Assembly (NCBI GenBank): GCA_964451145.1 | Contig: CAYVHK010000001.1 | Coordinates: 5,873 to 51,094, forward strand | DNA length: 45,222 nucleotides | DNA from: an uncultured bacterium | GTDB lineage: Bacteria; Poribacteria; WGA-4E; UBA9662 | Direction of reading: 5' to 3' | In this document: positions 1-9,400 of the stretch, piece by piece | Position numbering within the stretch: the first letter of the stretch is position 1 | Layout: each line of letters begins with the position of its first letter | Translations under genes and position numbers: made by a program | Notes under the pieces: model-generated | What the model was told of the DNA's origin: nothing | Databases searched by the model: none | Seen by the model: the letters and a program-made list of their open reading frames with translations, nothing else

Positions 1-2206
1 TTCGTTCCTTCAACCTAAAATAGACCGCTAACTGGGAACTAGTCGATTGTTCTAGAGGACGAATTTGACAAAAAAGCTGGCCGTTTTTAGAACTGTCAAA
101 GATAGACCAATACGTACCGATTCTTTTTACTGTTGCTTTTTTTGGTAAAGAAAGGTTGACTAAACGGAACTGTTTCTCCAGTTGAGAATCATTAAAACTT
201 TTTCGATCACCGCGGCTAAAATCGTCTAACTCGTCAGCAAAATTATTTTTTCTAAACAGCTGATAAGATAATGGGCTAGTCTGCTTCTGTATTTGGAAAA
301 TTTCTTGTCCTTGCTGATCAACAATAGACCAGACCTGATTACGTCGTCGAACCTGAACGTGAGCATCCGATAAAATTTGGGTTTCGGCCTTTGTCAAGTT
401 GCTTTTAAGTTGATCTAAAATCTTGGGTGAAAATTTTGACCGATCAATATTTTTTGGCAGAATAATACTTTTCGGACTAATCATATCAGGTAGTGTGAAG
501 ACCTGGTACTCATTACTCATTATTTGACCAATCGCTGAGGTAACCAGAGGTTTGAGTTTATCATTTTCTTGCCTTAAACGAATAAGTCTATCAATATATG
601 TATGAGATGGGTGTCCAATTTCACCCAGAGCCATAATAGAATAAAATTGCAGTTTTTCTTCCATCTTTGTTTGCTTCGCAGGATCCGGTACCAGATTCAG
701 ATATTGACCGAGCCGGTCAATCACCAAATTCTCGAAATCGTAGGGTGATTGATGAATATAACCTTGATCAATTACTTGGGCTGGTGTGAGATCAATGTTA
801 GGTCGAGTAAAAGCTTTCAAATTCCTAGCTATGGCTTGACAAACGCGATGGTGAGGATCCGACATACAACTGAGCAAAAACGATATAATCTGCTTTTTAT
901 TTTGTTCGTCAGTTTGTATTTTTTGACCTATTTTTGACAGCGTTAGAATAATTTTTCGCCTTATTTCCCAACTGGAATGAAGTGCTAAAACCGCAATTGG
1001 TGAACTTGACAACAAGTTGGCTTGTGGCCATTTTTCTGGGAGTTGTCGGAAATCCTCAGTTTGGTGAAGAATATAGTACCTTCTTTCAGGTTCAAAATTG
1101 GTTAGCAGCCAAGCGGTGGATTGCATTTGACTATCATTAATGACTGGCACTATCTCAACTTTTGCTTCACCATCTAGCAAAATTCCTTCTTTGTTAAAAG
1201 CTCTAACTAATATTGGCTGTAGGCTATCTCTGAAGACAGATAGACCATCGTTTGGGATCGCCAAAACACGATAGATTTGTCGACTGCTAGGATCGATGAT
1301 CTGCCATTGCTTCCCTTTTCTTATTATTCTGATAGTTGTTTGTGGCGACACCTGTAGTCCCCCCATTTTCAATTGACGACTTAAAGGTGTTGTTTGACCA
1401 TTTTCTGAACCTAAGACTGCGGAATTGTCCAAGTCACTACTATACCTATCGGGCAAGTTTAATAACTTAACTTTGTTACCATTTGTCAATTGTGATTGAA
1501 GTTCATGTGGCAGGTAAAACTTGAATTCTCTATACAAATCCACTAATTCGTTGATAATCTTTTCTTTTTGTAAAGAAGACAATTTCATTTTGGCTAAGGC
1601 CAATATTACTTCACCTTGCACCGATAGGTTCGGTTTTTTCATAGCCTTAATCAAGTCGGAAACAAACTTTTCGTCTTCTGACTGGAAATTGAGTTCACCT
1701 AAAGCGTAGGCTATATTCTGTCGAACTACCGCTTCCGGGTGATTAAGAAGTTGAAAGGCCAAGGTGAGTTCATGGTAGTTGGACAAAGCTGACAATGCTC
1801 GTTTTCGAATAGCCGATTGGTTAACAGACAATGTGTATATTAAAGAGATAGCTGCAGGAGACAAATCTATCGTGGGATCTGTAATCCGTTTTTGTTTGTC
1901 GATAAGTAGATCGGTAATACGCTCAATTTGAATCTGAATATCTGGATTCAGTTCCTTGCGTAATATATGAGCTTGATCAACGGTCGTAAACAATTGTCGA
2001 ATAAAATTATGGTCTGTTTGATTAAGTTTTCTTAGACCTAGTTCTTTAAATGCCAATTCACGTGTGGGAGGGTCAGAAGCTGCTAGTTTTTTCAATAAAA
2101 AAACCGAATCTTGGGCGGTGGCCAAGTTAAAAAATAAAAAAAATATCAACCAAACAAAAAGGTAATAATGGAATGTCAAGAGGGACAATTTCAATCGGTA
2201 CATCAT
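1..2206 (-). CDS. Secreted HEAT-repeat protein with repeated beta-rich modules (partial; runs off the window's left edge)
   Basis: Absent from the ORF track, consistent with no stop codon inside the window. Hand translation from ATG 2206 (5 nt after the ackA stop) gives MMYRLKLSLLTFHYYLFVWLIFFLFFNLATAQDS (signal peptide ending ATA|Q), then HEAT-like units such as LLKKLAASDPPTRELAFKELG and LLNHPEAVVRQNIAYALGEL. I found no stop in the segments I translated, including the last codons near position 2. Confidence 0.8.
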   Translation of the reverse strand, partial: MMYRLKLSLLTFHYYLFVWLIFFLFFNLATAQDSVFLLKKLAASDPPTRELAFKELGLRKLNQTDHNFIRQLFTTVDQAHILRKELNPDIQIQIERITDLLIDKQKRITDPTIDLSPAAISLIYTLSVNQSAIRKRALSALSNYHELTLAFQLLNHPEAVVRQNIAYALGELNFQSEDEKFVSDLIKAMKKPNLSVQGEVILALAKMKLSSLQKEKIINELVDLYREFKFYLPHELQSQLTNGNKVKLLNLPDRYSSDLDNSAVLGSENGQTTPLSRQLKMGGLQVSPQTTIRIIRKGKQWQIIDPSSRQIYRVLAIPNDGLSVFRDSLQPILVRAFNKEGILLDGEAKVEIVPVINDSQMQSTAWLLTNFEPERRYYILHQTEDFRQLPEKWPQANLLSSSPIAVLALHSSWEIRRKIILTLSKIGQKIQTDEQNKKQIISFLLSCMSDPHHRVCQAIARNLKAFTRPNIDLTPAQVIDQGYIHQSPYDFENLVIDRLGQYLNLVPDPAKQTKMEEKLQFYSIMALGEIGHPSHTYIDRLIRLRQENDKLKPLVTSAIGQIMSNEYQVFTLPDMISPKSIILPKNIDRSKFSPKILDQLKSNLTKAETQILSDAHVQVRRRNQVWSIVDQQGQEIFQIQKQTSPLSYQLFRKNNFADELDDFSRGDRKSFNDSQLEKQFRLVNLSLPKKATVKRIGTYWSIFDSSKNGQLFCQIRPLEQSTSSQLAVYFRLKER

Positions 2207-2210
2207 GCGG

Positions 2211-3644
2211 TTAAGATGAATCGGTATTTTTACCATCGTACACAGAAAGCCAAGCACTGGGAGCAACAAACGGTTCTTCATTACCTTTTTTATCTCGGCC
2301 GATTGGTTGAGTTTTTGTGTCAACAGCAACTGACTTTGGTTGTCGGGTAACGGATTTATTCATTGCCGTCTGTTCTTGTTCTTCAACCAAAGAGATTAAC
2401 CGTTCAAACTCGGCTAACGGGTTAGGAGGGTCAGGAATGGTTTGCAATAGTTGAAGTGTGCCACGAGCTATCATCAATTCCTCGTTAGTCGGAATTACTA
2501 ATACGTTGACAGCTGATTCTTGACGGTTAATCAACTGCTCACGCCCTCTAACTCTGTTTTGTTGACTACTGATTTGAATTCCTAGGAACTCCATATTTTG
2601 GCAAATTTTATCTCGGATTCGAGGTGAATTTTCGCCGATACCACCGGTAAAAATCAAAACATCAATCCCACCTAACGTAGCTATATATTGACCGATATAT
2701 TGAGTGACACGATGGCAAAACATGTTGAGAGCCAGAAGTACACGTTCAGGTGATTCGTCTTCATCAGACAACTGATTTAACAAGTCTCGTACATCGGAAC
2801 TAATCCCGGAAACACCTAGTAAACCACTACTGTCATGAAGCAAATCCATCACTTGTTCTAGTGTCATTTTGTGCTGAGAAACCAGTTGAAAGATTAGGGC
2901 AGGATCGATGTCTCCACAACGCGTCCCCATCATCAAACCGGCCAAAGGCGTAAATCCCATGCTAGTATCGATAGACACACCACCATCAATGGCTGCAACA
3001 ATCGCTCCGCTACCCAAATGGCAGGAGATTGTCTTAAGAGATTCAAGTGGCTGGCCTAATATTTCAGCTGCACGTTGTGCGACGTAGGAATGGGAAGTAC
3101 CGTGAAAACCGTACCGTCGGATATGATGTTGTTGGTAGAAATGATAAGGAATGGGATAAACATGAGCGTGAGGTGGAATGGTCTGATGAAAGGCCGTATC
3201 GAAAATAGCGACCTGTGGCACCTCGCTCAAAAAATTTGCTACTGCTCTTATACCCTGTAAATTGAACGGGTTGTGTAGCGGAGCCAAGTCTGATAATTTT
3301 TCGATCAGCATCTCTACAGAAGGTTCAATCAGAACCGCTGAAGAAAAGTAGTGCCCCCCGTGAACCACCCGATGACCGACGGCCGTGATTACTTCTAGAT
3401 CATCGATAATGCCATGTTTAGGGTCAGTCAGTGTAGCACAGATAAGGGGGAAATATTTTTGGTAGGGTTGCGACTTTAACTCTACTTCGTAATTGACGCC
3501 ATTATGTCGTTGATAGGCCAGGTTTGGCTGGGAAGAGTTGATTCGATCAATCTGACCTTTCGCCAAGCAAACCTCACCCACCATTTCAAAACACTGATAC
3601 TTAATGGATGAACTGCCAGCATTGATAGTAAGAATGATCGGCAT
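2211..3644 (-). CDS. ackA: Acetate/propionate kinase with a ~75-aa C-terminal extension
   Basis: Motifs INAGSSSIKY, GHRVVHGG, LAPLHN, FDTAFHQT, RRYGFHGTSH, MGFTPLAGLMMGTRCGDIDP, FTGGIGENS, IPTNEELMIA. Confidence 0.96.
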   Translation of the reverse strand: MPIILTINAGSSSIKYQCFEMVGEVCLAKGQIDRINSSQPNLAYQRHNGVNYEVELKSQPYQKYFPLICATLTDPKHGIIDDLEVITAVGHRVVHGGHYFSSAVLIEPSVEMLIEKLSDLAPLHNPFNLQGIRAVANFLSEVPQVAIFDTAFHQTIPPHAHVYPIPYHFYQQHHIRRYGFHGTSHSYVAQRAAEILGQPLESLKTISCHLGSGAIVAAIDGGVSIDTSMGFTPLAGLMMGTRCGDIDPALIFQLVSQHKMTLEQVMDLLHDSSGLLGVSGISSDVRDLLNQLSDEDESPERVLLALNMFCHRVTQYIGQYIATLGGIDVLIFTGGIGENSPRIRDKICQNMEFLGIQISSQQNRVRGREQLINRQESAVNVLVIPTNEELMIARGTLQLLQTIPDPPNPLAEFERLISLVEEQEQTAMNKSVTRQPKSVAVDTKTQPIGRDKKGNEEPFVAPSAWLSVYDGKNTDSS

Positions 3645-3687
3645 TTTTGTTCCAACCTGTTGGGCATTATCTTGTCTAAGAAAAGAT

Positions 3688-4908
3688 TTAGAAACCCATT
3701 AAGCCACAACAACGACGACAAACAGGCATGACACCATCTTGACTGATCGATTGGCGAAACTTGACAGCAGCTTCGTTATTCCACATATCCTCGACTCTAT
3801 CCTGCTGAATATTTCCAATGATGTAGTCGTGATAATCACGACAGAGGCTAACATCACCATTGCTGTCAATTTCTAGGGTCATATAGATACTAACGCACTG
3901 ATTATAACCAAAAGTTTCGCTATGGTCTTTATAGTAAATATTGATTTCTTCTTTGGTATACAACTCTGGCATCATCATAGGAGGGCATTTTCCACCTTTC
4001 CTGGATAGGTCAATCATTTCTTGGTATTTGTCCAAAATAATACCATGATCGAAGTCCTTCCAGTCGCCAATCCAACCGTAATGGGTTTGTGGTTTACTGC
4101 CAAACCGTTTTTCATAGTCATTCGAATGTTCGATGGCAGAGGCTTGATCAATCCACCAGGTGAGATAAAGAATTTGAGCATCTGCATATTGACTGGTGAA
4201 TTTGTAAAGATCAACTACATAATCAATATTATAAGCGGTAATACAGCTTAGAGGTACTATGTAAGGAAACAATGTATCTCGATTTTCCTTCTCCGCTTTG
4301 ACATTGTTCAAAGCCGCTTCAACATCTTTAAAGTTACTATACTTGCCCGAGACTGCCGGTCTTTGAGTGTCGTGAATTTCAGCATTTGGACCGTCCACGC
4401 TGAGATACAAAATAGTACAAGTGTCTACAATTTCCTTGGCATGTATGCCAATTTTGGTTCCATTACTGACCATCGAAATCGGCATACCTTTGTCTTTAAT
4501 GTAGTAGAGCAAATCAACCATACCTGGATACATCATTGGTTCACCACCCCAAATATACCAGACAGGTTTCCAGCCTTTATCCGCAATTTGGTCTACTAAA
4601 TCCTTATAAGTTTGGAGTGGCACTTCACGAGCTTTTAGATCTTTCAGACTGGAACTATGCAAGTAACCGTTATCGCCCCACTGTCCACAAGTATGGCAAC
4701 GAAGATTACACATATCGGTAATACGAATGCTAACTAACTCAATGCCATCACCTCGACCATGTGTCGCTCCAAACGGATGCCTGAGATTGAATGATTCCTT
4801 TGCCATCTGATATTTGAATAAGTTAAACGCATATTGCCAATTCTCTTTAGTGATAGCTGCAATCTGTTTAACAAAAAAACGAGGTGAAATTCTACTTCTG
4901 ATCTGCAT
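3688..4908 (-). CDS. Radical SAM protein with a C-terminal SPASM/twitch-type domain
   Basis: CxxxCxxC (CNLRCHTC), GGEP motif, SVDG; C-terminal cysteines QC...GDVSLC...IGNI...CRRCC. Confidence 0.92.
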   Translation of the reverse strand: MQIRSRISPRFFVKQIAAITKENWQYAFNLFKYQMAKESFNLRHPFGATHGRGDGIELVSIRITDMCNLRCHTCGQWGDNGYLHSSSLKDLKAREVPLQTYKDLVDQIADKGWKPVWYIWGGEPMMYPGMVDLLYYIKDKGMPISMVSNGTKIGIHAKEIVDTCTILYLSVDGPNAEIHDTQRPAVSGKYSNFKDVEAALNNVKAEKENRDTLFPYIVPLSCITAYNIDYVVDLYKFTSQYADAQILYLTWWIDQASAIEHSNDYEKRFGSKPQTHYGWIGDWKDFDHGIILDKYQEMIDLSRKGGKCPPMMMPELYTKEEINIYYKDHSETFGYNQCVSIYMTLEIDSNGDVSLCRDYHDYIIGNIQQDRVEDMWNNEAAVKFRQSISQDGVMPVCRRCCGLMGF

Positions 4909-5021
4909 CAGCTTAAACTACCGGAAAAAGATAAGAAACATTACCTTTTCCATTGCCTCCCAGAATTTGGTACTTTAGTTTGATCATTTTTGCTTAATGA
5001 TCGATTAGTTATTTTTTCGAG

Positions 5022-6227
5022 TCAGTCAGCTTTCAATCGACCTACTACTTGTGATTTGGTAGCAGACAAGATTTTATAGTTGACCCCTCCCCAAACAATT
5101 TCATTTTTGAACAAGGTAAAGATAACATTGACAGCCGCCACCATTGTCGAAATGGGAGCAAAAACCGCTGATCGCCGGAGATCCTCTGTCACTTCCCGGT
5201 CTGACCGTAACCATTTGGGTAACAACAGGAGAGACATCCTATAACATTGAATTTCGAAAAACGGGACTAAAAAGACAATCGATAATGGTACTGGCCCCAG
5301 AAAAAAAAGACCCGGTAAAGAGAATAGCAAAATCAAATTTTTAGGTACAGATCCGATCAAAGTAGCCAGCCACTGCTTACGATGCCCCATCCAAAAGGTC
5401 ATAATCATCTGACGGTTAGTGAATTCAAAAACCTGCCGCCATGTCCGATATTCAGCCCGATTAAGGGTAATACAATCAGGAACAAAATGGATTTTTTGCT
5501 TCAAATCCTTGATAGCATGAGTAAGATTGTGATCCTCGATCGTGGAATTAGACCAACGCTGAATGACTTTTCCTGCTTCGATTAAGTCTTTTCGAACCGC
5601 ATTAGATCCCCCCCAAACCATTGTCGCAGAAGGATTAGCTTGTAAGGGAATTTGAAAATTAATCCAAGCAGCCTCAGTATAGGCTGCAACACTAGAAGAC
5701 TTTGGCACGTATAACCTAGCTCCCACGGTGGCTCCGATTTCATGGTCTTGGAGTGGTTCCACTAAGCTGGTTAACCAAGTCTTATGAACAAAAGCATCAG
5801 CATCTACAAAAGCAATAATCTCGATTTCCGCTGGAAGTTGGCCAATCACGGTTATCAAATTTTGTATCTTTTGAGAACGAGGGATTTGATTGTCCACAAT
5901 ATTGGGAGCAATTACGACTTCAGCATTCGACACACTAGCAGTCAAACGTTTTAGGTGGGAGTATGAAACGTCTGTTTCTTGCTCTTCAATTGCGTGAGTT
6001 ACAAAGTAAAGGTGAAATTTACCTGAATAATCCTGACGCAACAATTGCTCTACATTTTCTTCAATCTCTTGATTCCATCCATAGTGAGGGGCAATGACAG
6101 CAACCCGGGGGTGATAGTTCTCCCTCTGCTGCCGTCGTTCTTTTCTAACATAAAAGAACGACCGCGCTACCACATAAAACTCGCATAATAGAACCAGATA
6201 GCAAGTGACAATCAGGTAAAGAGTCAT
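5022..6227 (-). CDS. Membrane GT2 glycosyltransferase (HpnI/ceramide glucosyltransferase-like)
   Basis: N-terminal TM, VAVIAP, QDY, K(IQ)NL, DxD (FVDAD), WGGSNA, ED motif (IEDHNL), C-terminal TMs and IVWGGVNY. Confidence 0.88.
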   Translation of the reverse strand: MTLYLIVTCYLVLLCEFYVVARSFFYVRKERRQQRENYHPRVAVIAPHYGWNQEIEENVEQLLRQDYSGKFHLYFVTHAIEEQETDVSYSHLKRLTASVSNAEVVIAPNIVDNQIPRSQKIQNLITVIGQLPAEIEIIAFVDADAFVHKTWLTSLVEPLQDHEIGATVGARLYVPKSSSVAAYTEAAWINFQIPLQANPSATMVWGGSNAVRKDLIEAGKVIQRWSNSTIEDHNLTHAIKDLKQKIHFVPDCITLNRAEYRTWRQVFEFTNRQMIMTFWMGHRKQWLATLIGSVPKNLILLFSLPGLFFLGPVPLSIVFLVPFFEIQCYRMSLLLLPKWLRSDREVTEDLRRSAVFAPISTMVAAVNVIFTLFKNEIVWGGVNYKILSATKSQVVGRLKAD

Positions 6228-6270
6228 TACAAATTATTTAAGGCTACTGTTTGCCACATAAGCGACCAAG

Positions 6271-6299
6271 AATCTATCATACACTTTTGTCTTCGTCAA
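6271..6299 (-). promoter_or_regulatory. Putative sigma70 promoter for the GT2-rSAM-ackA operon
   Basis: Minus strand TTGACG (6299-6294), 17-bp spacer, TAGATT (6276-6271) preceded by TGn; about 44 bp upstream of ATG 6227. Confidence 0.6.
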
Positions 6300-6381
6300 C
6301 CTATTTTATTCACTTTGAATTGATCTGAACAGAAAGACAAAAGGCTGTTAGTTGGGTGGACTTTTAGAACTTTCTCCGGCC

Positions 6382-6411
6382 TTGACACTTCTTTCTAGGC
6401 TGTGATAGAAT
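6382..6411 (+). promoter_or_regulatory. Putative strong sigma70 promoter for the M28-FtsX operon
   Basis: TTGACA (6382-6387), 18-bp spacer, TAGAAT (6406-6411) with extended -10 TG at 6403-6404. Confidence 0.75.
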
Positions 6412-6495
6412 GCGGTAATTCTGTCGCAATGGTAAGCATTTTTCTTCGGGCACGTACGCTCGGTCAACTTTTTCATATTCCTTAACAATCACAAG

Positions 6496-9400
6496 GTGGC
6501 GCTTGTTCATATGATAAAAATTAAAAATAATTGGTATTCGCCGGTCGTCAGCTGGACTATCGTATTTTTGTGCCTATTTTTAATTGTTAATTCGAACAAC
6601 TCGGCCCAGCAAGATTTATCCTTGAGCTTGTCGGAAGTTGCCGTCCAGATTCGTGAGCAGGTGGATATTGGTAACATCCGCAAAGATATTGCCCGCCTTT
6701 CTAGCATTTCTACACGCGTGACCGGTTACCCACAAGCGGCAAGTGCCAGTAAATATGTCTTCGATCGGTTTGTTGAAATTGGGTTAGAGGACGTTGAAAG
6801 TCGGGATTTTCCGATTACTGTTCCAATTGATCAAAACAACAGCCAATTAGAATTGCTTGGAACTAATACTGTCTTTAAACTCTCCCCTCTTTGGCCAAAT
6901 CTGGTCCGCACCTCTTTGATTAGCAATGGAATTAAACACCGCGTTGTTATGGGTGAGACCTTGGACCAAATCGCTGAATCTTACCAAATTGATCCACAAG
7001 AAATCATTAACCATAATCCCTTCTTGCAACGAACAGAGACCAATGAAATGTTGGTTGAAGGTAATGAGGTTTTTATCCCAACGGGTGGATTAACGGTTCC
7101 CATTATTGACGCTGGAACATGCGACTTGAAACAGTTTAATGGTACGGATGTTGGTGGTTTTTGGTATCGGGTCAAACCAACTGACACCATTGAAATGGTA
7201 GCACGTCAGAACGGGGTCGGTGTTGCCAGTATTACTGACGATGTGTTGAACCGTCATTTGCAAAAAAATGAAGATTCCATCGATAATAATGTAAATGGGG
7301 AAGTTGATGAATACGGCGAACTTCCTCTATTTTCCGAATTCAGTGAATGGGCAACGGACGGTATCGATAACAATGGAAATGGTTTAATCGATGAAAAAGC
7401 TGGATTTGAGAAGATCGAAAGAGACGATGATGGAGATGGTTTAGTTGATGAAGACGATGAGTTCGTAGCTGCTGACGAATCCCATGTTTTTATTCCACGT
7501 GGTAGTATCGTTTTGGCAGATTTCAATTCTGGTACCAAGTGGATTAATGGCGCCATGTTGGGAGCTAAAGCGGTTCTTTTCATAGAGCCTGATATCACCA
7601 TGCGTGGTGAAGCTGAAAATAAATTTCTTACTGTTCCGGCTAACATTCCTCGATTTTGGATAGCCAAGTCTGATGGCGAAGAGCTAAAACGCTTAATCAA
7701 TAGCACCAAACAAAAAGGGCAGAACCTAGAGGTACGTCTAAGTGGAAAAATTAAGTGGGAAAAGAAAAACGGACAGAATATCCGCGGTTTTCTGCCTGGC
7801 TCTGATCCACAACTAAAAGATGAAATGATCGTTATTTCGGCTTACTATGATGCTATGTCGGTTGTCCCATCAATGGCACCTGGGGCAGAACCAACTAGTG
7901 GAATTGCAACCTTAATGGAATTAGCTCGAATTTTCCGATCTAAAGCGTTTCGACCCGGTCGATCGGTTCTATTTGTTGCTACGGATGCTCACTTTCAAGG
8001 CTTGGCAGGGATGCGGGCTTTCATGGATGGTATTGGCCAAGACATCATTGGTGAGATCGAAGACTCAGCCGGAACACCGACCATGCACGGTTTGCGCCGA
8101 GGGTTAGATACAGACCTCTACGAACTGGAAGAACTGGGGCGGAAAATTGTGCTATCGATTGATCGTAATGTTTTAGTAGATTTACCTTCTGATTTCTATA
8201 GTCAAATACACCAAATCAATAGTGATCTGGATTCTTTAGTCATCACTTTAGATGGACTATTTGAAACCAAAAATAAAATTGAGCTATTGACCAAAGCACA
8301 ACGTGATTATAAAGAAAAGCAGAAAAAAAAGACACAATCCACCAAAAAGCGGGAAAAACAGGACTTCACTAAAGAAGAGGAGTCTCTGCTTAGTACTAAT
8401 GCAGCTAGGTTTAAGAAAGAAGCTCAGCAAACGGTTCACTTCCTTCGTGACATTATTTCTCGTTTAGACCAGTTACAGAAAACAGCCATTGACGAATGTC
8501 GTCTTGCCCAAGAGGAACTGCTGTCCAAGGTGGCTTTGCCCATGGCTCATCTGGATTTGTGGGCACTAAAACAGTTAACCGAGGACCTAAAAAACAAAAA
8601 AATTCAGGGAAAGTATGGGCAAACACCTGAAAGTTCATATATTCAGCCAGATGAAATTAGCAAAGGTCAATTTGTGTTGAACGAACCGAAAAATTTCACT
8701 GGTAACCCTGACCACATTACAACCCTAAGCAACTATCTGCAAGATTGGGAATTTGAAGACCCTAGAAAGTTCACCTTGCAATATGGACAGGAGAAACTGC
8801 TCGACCGGCATCTGACTTTTAGGGACTTACAGAAAGTGAAGTTAGCACGAGCGACTATTCATAGTGGCACCAAATCGCGTGCCCAGTATGTGGACCTAGA
8901 AAAACGAATTCTGAAAAAGGTTGCGAGCAAAATCGATCAATCAAATCGAGCCGTGAAGGCTGTGGAGGATTTCAAAAGCACAATCAATCGATTACGACAA
9001 CAACCCCTCGCATTGCCGAAAGTCGCTGTTATGGAAGCCTACTTAACGACCGAAAGTAAAAACAGATTAGTTGATCTGAGAACCGATATTGAGCGGAAGC
9101 AAAATGAGAAAGATGGCGAGGCTGAGAAAGGAAACCCGACTGCTTCTATTGAGGTGGCAATTACCGATTTAACGAAAGATAAACAAGCTATTCTTGAAGT
9201 GGGAATGCGGAATGCGCGCATAGAAAAACAACGAATTGATGATTTGTTGGCCATTCACCACCAGCTAGACCGACTTTATCTGAAAGAGGAAGAGTTAGCA
9301 ATTCGTAATTATTTGGATGACTCAGACACAGAATCTGCACTGCAAGCACGTTTGCAGATTGGGGCCTACTTAACAGAAGATCGTTTGCTATCCTATGTCA

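Noticed and set aside
749-2350. Short + strand ORFs (749..937, 1521..1709, 2168..2350)
   Set aside because: They lie antisense to the long HEAT-repeat CDS and ackA and show no motifs
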